Below, piece after piece: positions 53,450 to 62,068 of a stretch of DNA of 62,887 nt (position 1 is the stretch's first letter; every line of letters starts with the position of its first letter). A program made the translations under genes and the position numbers. The stretch covers positions 1 through 62,887 of the forward strand of contig CAZBQK010000002.1 of the NCBI GenBank assembly GCA_964493975.1, given 5' to 3'. The notes beneath the pieces were generated by a model. That model did no database searches and was not told the DNA's origin. It saw only the letters and a list, made by a program, of their open reading frames with translations. This DNA is from an uncultured Dehalococcoidales bacterium (GTDB lineage Bacteria; Chloroflexota; UBA6077; FW602-bin22; CADDYW01).

Positions 53450-54211
53450 GTGACTGTTCTGGCTGTAGCCAACCAGAAAGGCGGGGTCGGAAAGACGACC
53501 ACCGCGGTTAATCTGGGCGCCGCGCTCGCCGAGCTGGGTCGACAGACGTTACTTCTCGACCTGGATCCTCAGGCAAATGCCACTAGCGCCTTAGGCTTCG
53601 ACAAACGACGGATGGAAAAGTCGATTTACGAGGCAATGATCGGACAAGCCGACGCGGCCTCGGTCGTCCAGTCGACACAATGGAGCGGGCTTTCGATCAT
53701 ACCGTCGACGATCCGGCTCGCTGGCGCGGAAATCGAGATGGTCGGTCTCATGGCTCGAGAGCAACGGCTTCGTCGGATCATCGAACCGCTCCGCGGCGAT
53801 TTCGACGTGGTGCTCGTGGATTGCTCGCCGTCTCTCGGACTTTTGACGGTGAACGCGCTCACCGCGGCCGATGGTATTCTGATCCCGATTCAGTGCGAAT
53901 ACCTTGCCCTGGAGGCACTCGGTCAGCTAACGAGTACTCTTGAGTTGATCCGAGATAACCTCAACCCCCGACTTCACCTCGCCGGAATTGTGATGACCAT
54001 GTTTGACGCGCGAACGAACCTATCCCAACAGGTCGTGGAACAGGTCCGCACCCACTTTCCAAACGATGTGTTCCAGACCGTGGTACCGCGTAGCGTCCGG
54101 TTGTCCGAGGCCCCTAGTTACGGACAGCCCATTACTGCGTACGACCCGACTTCACGCGGGGCAGCGGCGTATCGAAGCCTGGCCACCGAGCTACTTCCTC
54201 GCCTCGGTTAG
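53450..54211 (+). CDS. parA: ParA/Soj chromosome-partitioning ATPase.
   Basis: LAVANQKGGVGKTTTAVNLGAALA (deviant Walker A), VLVDCSPSLG, and PRSVRLSEAPSYGQPI. GTG 53450 lies just after the previous stop. Confidence 0.9.
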   Translation: MTVLAVANQKGGVGKTTTAVNLGAALAELGRQTLLLDLDPQANATSALGFDKRRMEKSIYEAMIGQADAASVVQSTQWSGLSIIPSTIRLAGAEIEMVGLMAREQRLRRIIEPLRGDFDVVLVDCSPSLGLLTVNALTAADGILIPIQCEYLALEALGQLTSTLELIRDNLNPRLHLAGIVMTMFDARTNLSQQVVEQVRTHFPNDVFQTVVPRSVRLSEAPSYGQPITAYDPTSRGAAAYRSLATELLPRLG

Positions 54212-55500
54212 ACCGACGCAAAAGCCCCGTTCACCGAGATCGTCTGTCGGCGGTGCTGGCCAACGGAGATGAGGTCGACCGGACACTCGATCAGCTCGCT
54301 CAGGCGGTCGAGGTAGTGGCGCGCGTTTCGGGGAAGATCGCCGAGAGTTCGGGCATTTGACGTCGGTGCGTTCCAGCCCGCCACCTCTTCCCAGATTGGC
54401 TCGCACCGGGCGTAGCTTGCCAGGCTAGCCGGGAGAAAATCGATCGTCTGACCGTCGAGGCGGTAGCCGACGCACACCCGGATGATCGGATAGTCGTCGA
54501 GCACGTCGAGCTTGGTGACCGCCGCCGCGCTCATGCCGTTCGTTCGAACCGCGTGCCGCCCGACAACGGCGTCAAACCATCCGCAACGGCGTGGGCGTCC
54601 GGTCGTCGTCCCATACTCCTGCCCGAGGTCGCGTAAGCGGTCGCCCTCGGCTCCAGAGAGCTCGGTTGGAAACGGTCCGGCACCAACTCGCGTCAGGTAC
54701 GCCTTGAAAACACCGAGAACGCGGTCGATCTGGGTTGGTCCAATCCCGAGCCCACCACAGGCTCCGCCTGCCACGGGCGAGGACGACGTGACGTAGGGAT
54801 ACGTGCCGTGGTCGATGTCGAGCAGCGTCGCCTGGGCGCCTTCGACGAGAACGTTTTCCCCGTTCCGAATTGCCGCGTGCAATAGCGCGGACGTGTCGCG
54901 AATGAAGGGTCGAAGCCGTTCCCCATACGAGCGGTACTCATCGAGAACCGCCTCTCGATCCAGCGCGGTTCCCCCGTACAACGACGTGATAATCCGGTTT
55001 TTCTGCCCTACCAGCTCGAAGATGCGGCTCCGGAGGCTGGCGACGTCAATCAGATCGCACATTCGCAGCCCAGACCGCGCGGCCTTGTCGACGTACGCTG
55101 GACCGATCCCACGTCGCGTCGTCCCTAGATTCGCGGCACCCCGTTTCTCTTCTTCTAGCGCGTCCAAGACCGGGTGATACGGCATGACGACGTGGGCCCG
55201 GTCACTGACATAAAGCCGATCGATCGACACGCCAAGGCCGGTCAGCATGTCCAGCTCGGCGATGAGCTCGCGGGGATTGACGACGACGCCGTTGCCGATG
55301 ATGCAGGTAACGCGAGGATCAAAGATGCCGGAGGGCACCAGATGCAGGCGAAACGTTCCGCGGTCGTTGACAACCGTGTGGCCGGCATTCGTCCCCCCCT
55401 GATAGCGGGCGACGACGGTTGATTCCGCGGCGAGGTGGTCGACAATGCCTCCTTTGCCTTCGTCTCCCCACTGGGCACCAACGACAACAAGAACCGGCAT
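54208..55500 (-). CDS. purA: Adenylosuccinate synthase.
   Basis: MPVLVVVGAQWGDEGKGGIVDHL, GTTRRGIGPAY and TTGRPRRCGWFD. ATG 55500 is chosen. The stop overlaps the parA stop convergently. Confidence 0.93.
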   Translation of the reverse strand: MPVLVVVGAQWGDEGKGGIVDHLAAESTVVARYQGGTNAGHTVVNDRGTFRLHLVPSGIFDPRVTCIIGNGVVVNPRELIAELDMLTGLGVSIDRLYVSDRAHVVMPYHPVLDALEEEKRGAANLGTTRRGIGPAYVDKAARSGLRMCDLIDVASLRSRIFELVGQKNRIITSLYGGTALDREAVLDEYRSYGERLRPFIRDTSALLHAAIRNGENVLVEGAQATLLDIDHGTYPYVTSSSPVAGGACGGLGIGPTQIDRVLGVFKAYLTRVGAGPFPTELSGAEGDRLRDLGQEYGTTTGRPRRCGWFDAVVGRHAVRTNGMSAAAVTKLDVLDDYPIIRVCVGYRLDGQTIDFLPASLASYARCEPIWEEVAGWNAPTSNARTLGDLPRNARHYLDRLSELIECPVDLISVGQHRRQTISVNGAFASV

Positions 55501-55625
55501 GCCTACCTCGACGTGCTGGAGTTGCCGGGTCGACGGTCCGGTCGAATAACCGACCCGTAACGCGGACAGACGGTCATTATAGCATAATGCAGACAAGAAA
55601 CGACCGATTAGGCGAGGAAACCGGG

Positions 55626-56594
55626 CTATAAGCGAACGACCCCAACCGCCCGTCGCTCGACTATATGAACAGTGTCGATAAAGCGAATCGTTCCCGTTCG
55701 GTAGGTCATCACCAGCGAGTGGGTTCGGGCACCGCCGCCAAAATATTGTACTCCCTTGAAGAGCTCACCGTCCGTCACCCCGGTCGCCACGAAGATAATC
55801 TCCTCGCCGCTGGCAAGCTCGGCCGTCGTGTAGACCCGACTGAGGTCGATTCCCATCGATTGCGCGCGTTCGGCCTCGGCGTTGTCGCGTGGCTTGAACC
55901 GGGCGAAAATCGCTCCACCGAGACAGCGCAACGCAGCTGCCGCGAGTACCCCCTCCGGGGCGCCGCCGATGCCCATCACCGCGTGATCGCCGGTCCCAGA
56001 AACGGCAACGGATATTGCCGCCGAGATGTCCCCGTCCGAAATGAGCTTTATGCGGGCACCGGCGTCGCGGACTTCTTCGATCAACGCCGCGTGGCGAGGC
56101 CGGTCGAGGATGATGACAGTGAGATCGGAGACATGCCGATTCAACGAATCGGCGATCAACTGTAAGTTTGCCCGGACCGGATAGTCAATGTTCACTTTGT
56201 TGGCGGCTGGCGGTCCGACGATGAGTTTCTCCATGTAGGTGTCGGGAGCGTGGAGCAGTCCCCCTCGTTCGGCTGCCGCGATCACGGCCAGGGCGTTCGG
56301 CATTCCCCGCGCGACTAAATTCGTTCCTTCGACCGGATCGACCGCGATATCGACGTCGGGTCCTTGACCAGACCCAACCCGTTCGCCGATGAAAAGCATA
56401 GGAGCTTTGTCGCGCTCGCCCTCACCAATTACGACGGTTCCGGAGACTGGGATGCCCTCGAGTGCCTTGCGCATTGCTTCGACCGCCGCTTGGTCCGCGG
56501 CATTGTTGTCGCCGTGTCCCATCCAGCGCGCTGCCGCGAGGGCAGCCGACTCGGCGGTGCGAAGAAAGTCAAGGGTTAGTGCTACTTCCACCAT
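55626..56594 (-). CDS. glpX: Class II fructose-1,6-bisphosphatase (GlpX type).
   Basis: [29 protein letters not shown] and [24 protein letters not shown] 56594 sits 6 nt after AAGGAGG. Confidence 0.9.
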   Translation of the reverse strand: MVEVALTLDFLRTAESAALAAARWMGHGDNNAADQAAVEAMRKALEGIPVSGTVVIGEGERDKAPMLFIGERVGSGQGPDVDIAVDPVEGTNLVARGMPNALAVIAAAERGGLLHAPDTYMEKLIVGPPAANKVNIDYPVRANLQLIADSLNRHVSDLTVIILDRPRHAALIEEVRDAGARIKLISDGDISAAISVAVSGTGDHAVMGIGGAPEGVLAAAALRCLGGAIFARFKPRDNAEAERAQSMGIDLSRVYTTAELASGEEIIFVATGVTDGELFKGVQYFGGGARTHSLVMTYRTGTIRFIDTVHIVERRAVGVVRL

Positions 56595-56765
56595 ATCGGA
56601 CCTCCTTTGTCGCCGTTGACAAGTAAGTATCGATGGTGTCAAGCGGGAAATAAGCGTCGACTAACGCGAGGGAACGAGAAAAGCATACCGAGCGCTCAGG
56701 CGGTGGTGTTGATTCCGCCGTCTGGACCAGATATCGAAAGGGCTTGATACATGCAGCGTGACCCA

Positions 56766-57644
56766 CTAGCCCTTAATGCCGGTGAGCGTGATGCCCTGGA
56801 CAAAGGTGCGCTGGGTGAAGAAAAACAGGATGATGATCGGCGCGCTCATGATGACGGACGCGGACATGAGTAGGGACCACTCCGTGGTGTGTTGGCTCGA
56901 GAACATGGTCAGACCGATGGAGAGCGTGTACTTTGCCTCGTCGGTGAGGTAGATCAGCGGTCCCATGAAGTCGCGATACGAGCCGAGGAACTGAAACAGG
57001 GCGATCGTCGCGATGGCCGGCCGGGTGAGCGGCAGAATGATTCGACGGAAAATACCAAATTCATTCGCGCCATCGATCCGGGCGGCGTCGGAGAGGTCGA
57101 GCGGGATCGTCATGAAGAACTGTCGGAGTAAGAAGATGTAGAAGGCGGTGCCAAAGTACTGAGGAATCACCAGCGGACCGAAGGTGTTGATCCAGCCGAG
57201 GTTCTTAAAAACGATAAAGAGCGGGATCAGGGTCACCGCGAATGGCAGCATCATCGTCGCAAGGGTCAAGAGGAACAGAAAGTCTCGACCGGGCCACTGC
57301 AGACGGGCCAGGCTATACGCGACCAGTGAACACGAGATGATGGTGCCGATCGTCGCAATCACCGAGATCTCGAGAGTGTTGAAAAAATACCTGAAGAACG
57401 GAATGTACGTGACCGCGCGCGGGTAATTCAAAAAGACGACCGGGTTTGGGATCCAGACCGGCGGGTAAATAAAGATCTGCGTGTCGACCTTGAGCGACGT
57501 CGAGATCATCCAGAGAAAAGGGACCAGGAACGACAGGCCGGCGATGACCAGCACGATCTGGACGAGGATGGGTTGGATCCAACCCTGCAAGATACTGCGT
57601 TTCCTCGTGTGGACGGTCGTTACCGGCGCGGCGGTTGTTGCCAC
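56766..57644 (-). CDS. Carbohydrate ABC transporter permease (MalG/CUT1-like).
   Basis: EAA-loop region LDLSDAARIDGANEFGIFRRIILPLTRPA. GTG sits 7 nt after TAGGAG. Confidence 0.88.
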   Translation of the reverse strand: MATTAAPVTTVHTRKRSILQGWIQPILVQIVLVIAGLSFLVPFLWMISTSLKVDTQIFIYPPVWIPNPVVFLNYPRAVTYIPFFRYFFNTLEISVIATIGTIISCSLVAYSLARLQWPGRDFLFLLTLATMMLPFAVTLIPLFIVFKNLGWINTFGPLVIPQYFGTAFYIFLLRQFFMTIPLDLSDAARIDGANEFGIFRRIILPLTRPAIATIALFQFLGSYRDFMGPLIYLTDEAKYTLSIGLTMFSSQHTTEWSLLMSASVIMSAPIIILFFFTQRTFVQGITLTGIKG

Positions 57645-57700
57645 GATCTAACTCCTATCGAGGTCCAGGTGACTCTTCTTGCGCTATCATCATCCGACGC

Positions 57701-58648
57701 TCACTTCTTCTCGTCTCCGCCGTAGTAGACCCAGCGGCTCGAGGTTCGAACGAGCACGAGAGTCATGAGAAGAATGATGAGAAAGAGCATCCACGCCTGG
57801 GCGGAGGCGAGGCCCATCTTGAAGTAAATGAAGGCGTTGCGGTAAAGGAGGAGAACGTAGAACATCGCGGCATTGACCGGATTTCCGGTTCCGCCGGTGA
57901 TGATGTACGCCTCGGTAAAGGTCTGCATTGCGCCGATCAGGCCGACGACCACGTTGAAGAAGATGACCGGGGTGATCATCGGCAGCGTGACGTTGCGCAC
58001 TTTTTGGAGGGAGCCCGCACCGTCGATCGACGCCGCGTCGTACAGGTCCGCCGGCACGTCCTGGAGCCCGGCCAGATAAATGACCACCGCGTTACCAACG
58101 GTCCAGAGTGACATGATCACATAGGACGGTTTCGCCCAGTATTCGTTGGCATACCAACCAGGACCGACGATCCCGACCATGTCGAGTAATGCGTTCAAGA
58201 TTCCGTAGGTGGGGTTGAGCACCCACTGCCAGACGAGCGCCAGGGCGACCGAAGGGACGAGAACGGGAAGGTAGAAGATGGTGCGGTGATAGGTAAGGAA
58301 TTTGACTTTCATGTTCAAGAGCAATGCGAGCAGAATCGCGAAGATTGTTCCAATCGGGATCAACATCCCCGCGTAGATGGCGGTGTTGGCGGCGGAAAGA
58401 CCGAAGAGCTTGTCAGTGGTCAAGAGATCGACGTAGTTTTTCGTCCCAATGAAGCGCGGCGCCTCGAGGACGCTGTAGTCGGTGAGGCTGTAGTAAAACG
58501 AGGCGAACATCGGGTAGACGAAAAAGACAGCGAGCCCGACGATCCAGGGCGAGGCGAAGGCCACGCCGGTCAGCAGTTTGCTGATCTGCTTGGCTCGTGC
58601 GGCCCGGAGACGCTCGGGCGTTATGAGCGCTATTCCTTTAGTGGCCAT
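57701..58648 (-). CDS. Carbohydrate ABC transporter permease (MalF/CUT1-like).
   Basis: LYDAASIDGAGSLQKVRNVTLPMITPV EAA loop. ATG 58648 sits 7 nt after AGAGGGGG. The ORF-track start at 58729 runs into the intercistronic palindrome. Confidence 0.88.
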   Translation of the reverse strand: MATKGIALITPERLRAARAKQISKLLTGVAFASPWIVGLAVFFVYPMFASFYYSLTDYSVLEAPRFIGTKNYVDLLTTDKLFGLSAANTAIYAGMLIPIGTIFAILLALLLNMKVKFLTYHRTIFYLPVLVPSVALALVWQWVLNPTYGILNALLDMVGIVGPGWYANEYWAKPSYVIMSLWTVGNAVVIYLAGLQDVPADLYDAASIDGAGSLQKVRNVTLPMITPVIFFNVVVGLIGAMQTFTEAYIITGGTGNPVNAAMFYVLLLYRNAFIYFKMGLASAQAWMLFLIILLMTLVLVRTSSRWVYYGGDEKK

Positions 58649-58703
58649 AGACGCGCCCCCTCTGAGCGGTGATGGCGTGTCGGTGAACAACGCCTCTCGT
58701 TGG

Positions 58704-58741
58704 GCCCAATCCCGGATGCCGCGCGGCATCCGGGATTGGGC
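58704..58741 (-). promoter_or_regulatory. Perfect 38-nt palindrome (19-bp stem), an intercistronic RNA hairpin between the binding-protein and permease genes.
   Basis: gcccaatcccggatgccgc|gcggcatccgggattgggc, read directly. It lies 22 nt after the SBP stop and 56 nt before the permease ATG. Confidence 0.6.
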
Positions 58742-58762
58742 AGGTCCGACCGATCGACGAGG

Positions 58763-60196
58763 CTACGCGTACTTCGCCAGCTCGTCGTTGACCGCTTTGG
58801 TGAGGTCGTCCATGGCCTGTTGCGGGGTCTGCTTGGCGTGCATGATCGCGCTCTGGGCCTCGCCGAGTGAGTTCCAGAGGAGCTGGCCGGCTGGAATGGC
58901 CGGGCGGTTCTTCGCCGTCTTGAGAAAGTCCATAAACTTGGCATGGTCCGGGTTCTCGCGGAAACCAGGGTCCATCGACGCCTGGACGTTGGTCGGTATG
59001 TGCTTCGTGGCCAGGCACCACGCCTTCATGCCGACGGGTCCGCAGTAGAAGCTAATGAAGTTGAAGCCCGCGTCTTTCTGCTTGGTGCCTTTTGGAAGAA
59101 CCTGCGACCAGCCACCGGCCATACACGACGCCGGGCCGGTCTTACCGGGCATCGGAATGACGGTGTACTTCATGTCCGGCTTGAACTGTTGGAGCGTGGC
59201 GATCTGCCAGTCACCGTCCGAGATCATGGCGATCTGCCCGGCCATGAACGGGTCGTTCGCCTGGGTGCCGAAAGCCGACTGGAAGGCTTCCATGTCCTGG
59301 ATGTTGTACTTGTCCGCGTACGTCTTCATCCAGGTGAATGCTTCGATAATCTTCGGATCGTTGGCGGTGCATTTCCCGCTAGCTTTGTCGTAGAACGACC
59401 CGTCGAACTGCAGGCCCACCGCGAAGTGGAACGACTGCCGAAAGGCCGGACTGTAGCCCCAGTAGACGAACTTTCGGCCGTCTTTCTTGGTCAGCTTGTC
59501 GGCCCAGGTGTCGAGCTCCGCGATGGTTGTCGGCGTTTTGGTCAAATCCATGCCGGCTTTGGTAGCAAGATCGTTGTTGATGTAGATGCCACGCGTATCA
59601 GTGTCGTGAGGAAGGGCGTAAAGCTTGCCTTTGTAGGATGCCTCTTCCCAGGCGAACGGGTAGAACTGGTCGGCAGTAACGCTCGCGCCTTTGGCCAGGT
59701 CACTGAGGTCCTCGAGCGAGCCCTTGGCCGCCCAGGAGGAGACAATAAAGCGGTCAAACTCGGCCGTATCAGGCGGCGTGCCAGCTGCGATCGACGTTAG
59801 CAGCTTCTCCGACATCTGCGTGCCCTGCGTGACGGGGATGTATACGACCTGAGCGCGGATCTTGTCCTGAGACTTGTGGTACATATCGACGACCTGATTG
59901 GTCGCGTCCAGGTCGACCTTGTCGCCACGTGGGGTCCACCAGTCAACCTTGGTCTGGCCTGCTGCGACCACAACTTGCGCGATGGTCGGTGGGGTCGGCG
60001 ACGGCGTATCAATAATCTTCGGTGGGGCCTCGGTTGCTGTTGCTGCCGCGGCACCGCCTGCTGCTGGTGCTGCTCCAGATGCTGGTGCTGCCGTTGGGGG
60101 GGCTGTCGCGCCGCCGCAGGCATTCAGTAGTAGCACTGCCGCGGCCCCGGTGCCTAACGCAACAAATGACCTACGGGTATACCTAATATCCGCCAA
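58763..60196 (-). CDS. ABC transporter extracellular solute-binding lipoprotein (family 1, sugar type) with a Tat-like signal.
   Basis: TRRSFVALGTGAAAVLLLNACGG (RR motif plus lipobox), followed by an Ala/Pro-rich linker and an SBP_bac_1-like body. TTG 60196 sits 6 nt after AAGGAG. Confidence 0.85.
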   Translation of the reverse strand: MADIRYTRRSFVALGTGAAAVLLLNACGGATAPPTAAPASGAAPAAGGAAAATATEAPPKIIDTPSPTPPTIAQVVVAAGQTKVDWWTPRGDKVDLDATNQVVDMYHKSQDKIRAQVVYIPVTQGTQMSEKLLTSIAAGTPPDTAEFDRFIVSSWAAKGSLEDLSDLAKGASVTADQFYPFAWEEASYKGKLYALPHDTDTRGIYINNDLATKAGMDLTKTPTTIAELDTWADKLTKKDGRKFVYWGYSPAFRQSFHFAVGLQFDGSFYDKASGKCTANDPKIIEAFTWMKTYADKYNIQDMEAFQSAFGTQANDPFMAGQIAMISDGDWQIATLQQFKPDMKYTVIPMPGKTGPASCMAGGWSQVLPKGTKQKDAGFNFISFYCGPVGMKAWCLATKHIPTNVQASMDPGFRENPDHAKFMDFLKTAKNRPAIPAGQLLWNSLGEAQSAIMHAKQTPQQAMDDLTKAVNDELAKYA

Positions 60197-60537
60197 CTCC
60201 GTCTCCTTTGCTGATGGGGTCGTGATAGTTCACGTTTGGACGATCGGACCACGTCGTCCTGGCCCGGCGTCTAGCTGGATCCAACCAATGGGACAGACGC
60301 TGACCGCGCGAGAAAGGCCGGAAGACAACTCATGGACAAAACCACCTTCCGACTCCCAGGTCATCACGTGGCGGTGCCTGCCGACGAGACTACTTATCCC
60401 TCCGGCTGCCGTCTCCCATCAAGTTGGCCGCCCACAGGATATCGCAAGGGCAAAATCGGTTATCGTCGAAGCATCGTATCCACGCAACCTGGGAAATGGA
60501 CCTCCCCAAAGAGCCAGTCCAGCTAGGCGGCCTAGGG

Positions 60538-60566
60538 ATTATGTGTAAGATCGATCGCATTGTCAA
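60538..60566 (-). promoter_or_regulatory. Near-consensus promoter TTGACA-17-CATAAT upstream of the ABC transporter operon; the -35 box lies inside the palindrome GTCAATATTGAC.
   Basis: Read on the minus strand in the AT-richest patch of the window. It would give a leader of about 335 nt before the SBP start. Confidence 0.55.
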
Positions 60567-60654
60567 TATTGACTGGAGTGTTCAGGCACGAAAGTAGAGC
60601 CACGCTGTCGAAGAGATGGAGGTTGGGGGGACGCACCGCGGAGACATTGGGCGG

Positions 60655-60933
60655 CTAGTCGGAGTCGCCGCCCTGCCAGAAAACTTCACCATCGCGCTGG
60701 CAAAATTGCGACAGTACGGCCTCGTCCAATGTCGCGATTCCCACTTCAGCCGTGCGGACGGTATGGTGGTGGAAGTGCTTTCGCACGAGTGTCAACACTG
60801 TCGCGGACCAATCGTTTGCCTCGATTGGACAAAAGGCGATGCCCCCACCCCGCCGGGCTACCTGATCGTCCCAGATGGGAAATACGGTTTCGAACGCCAC
60901 CACCCGGTATCTTTGCATGCCTGAACCGGTCAA
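60655..60933 (-). CDS. Hypothetical protein (87-92 aa).
   Basis: Same strand as the flanking genes. TTG 60933 overlaps the upstream stop, and ATG 60918 is an alternative. A competing plus-strand ORF at 60616-60924 cannot be excluded from sequence alone. Confidence 0.35.
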   Translation of the reverse strand: MTGSGMQRYRVVAFETVFPIWDDQVARRGGGIAFCPIEANDWSATVLTLVRKHFHHHTVRTAEVGIATLDEAVLSQFCQRDGEVFWQGGDSD

Positions 60934-61769
60934 AGCTCGAGGTGAAGCTCGCGAAGAAGATAGTCCTTGCTCATCGCAACACTCTCGTAGGGTGTGCGCC
61001 GGGTGTAGTCAAGCTCGATCGTGAGCCACCCTTCGTAGCCGGATGACCGAAGTATCTCGATCGCGCCCTTGAGGTCAACAATCCCCAGTCCCAGCTCGCA
61101 AAAGTCCCGAATGACGGCGGTTCCGCCCTGTCCGGTGTGTTCCGGCGGCAGATTCGGATCCCAATCTTTGAGGTGAACGTATTTGATCCGATTGGCGTAG
61201 CGTCGAAAGACGTCAATCTCGGCCGTCGGAGACTCGGGATTTCCTTTCCGCAAATGGGCGGTATCGGCCGCCATCGCGACGAATCTCGGGTCGACCCGGT
61301 CCATGATGAAATCGATCTCGTCGAGTTTTTCGATCGCCGTGTTGACGTGCGGGTGCACGCACGAAAGAACACCGTACTCAAGCGAACGACGCCCTATCTC
61401 ATTCAGGCAGTGGACCTGATTCAGGAGATCGTCCCGAGTTGGTCCGCCTTCTGGACGTCGACCCGGACCAAGCACGAGCCGCCCGGCGTCGTTCGCCGCG
61501 AGGAATCGGGCCAGGCGGACGTTTCGAGCGACAAGCTCGTCGTGTAAGGAGGCATCGTGCATGTTGCCACCACCGTAAAGCGCCACCAATTGGAGAGCAT
61601 TCCGAGCAAGCAGGCTACGAAACTCGTCTAGACGGCCGAAGCCAAAATCGTCGGCGACAAACGCAAACGCTTCAAATCCGTGAAACCCGAGCGTCCGAAG
61701 GTCCTCGATCGCCTGGTCCAGTCCGTCGCGCCCCCAGGTTATTCCATGGCACGAAACGCGAATTGCCAA
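60930..61769 (-). CDS. Sugar phosphate isomerase/epimerase (xylose isomerase-like TIM barrel).
   Basis: ...HGFEAFAFV..., VHPHVNTAIE, YVHLKDW and GWLTIELD, the typical AP_endonuc_2 pattern. TTG 61769 sits 5 nt after GGGGAGG. Confidence 0.8.
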   Translation of the reverse strand: MAIRVSCHGITWGRDGLDQAIEDLRTLGFHGFEAFAFVADDFGFGRLDEFRSLLARNALQLVALYGGGNMHDASLHDELVARNVRLARFLAANDAGRLVLGPGRRPEGGPTRDDLLNQVHCLNEIGRRSLEYGVLSCVHPHVNTAIEKLDEIDFIMDRVDPRFVAMAADTAHLRKGNPESPTAEIDVFRRYANRIKYVHLKDWDPNLPPEHTGQGGTAVIRDFCELGLGIVDLKGAIEILRSSGYEGWLTIELDYTRRTPYESVAMSKDYLLRELHLEL

Positions 61770-62068
61770 CCTTTCCTCCCCGATCTCGGCGTGCGTGACG
61801 AATACGCCGATTGAATTGGGCAGTAGTATAGTGGGACCAGCTTCACCCCGGCAAACCAAGTGCTAGACATAGTTGGGCGCGAGAAAGTGCCGTCTTCGGG
61901 TGGCAGCCTTGCATCCTTGCGCTCGGTAGAGACGTTTCGCGGAAACGTCTCCGTATTCCCCGCGCGCTTGCTGGCATCTGAAGGACCGGATTACAATAGG
62001 GCTCGAGACGATCTACCTCGTAGCCATCCAATGGATCCGGTCGAGATGGCCGGAGCGGAGGAACTCGC

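Noticed and set aside
56616-56642. Inverted repeat TTGACA-N15-TGTCAA upstream of glpX, which could be a promoter or an operator.
   Set aside because: Neither strand offers an acceptable -10 hexamer at 16-19 nt from the TTGACA. A 6-bp inverted repeat alone is too weak to call.
60230-60364. 44-aa minus-strand ORF (MTWESEGGFVHELSS...) within the long ABC-operon leader.
   Set aside because: It has no SD, no recognisable family and an unremarkable composition. I cannot distinguish it from chance, so the region is reported only as a long leader.
60616-60924. 102-aa plus-strand ORF competing with the minus-strand hypothetical gene 60655-60933.
   Set aside because: Third-position GC is similar in both frames, so the sequence alone is not decisive. 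I preferred the minus-strand ORF because it is co-oriented with the flanking operon and abuts the upstream stop. Confidence is low.
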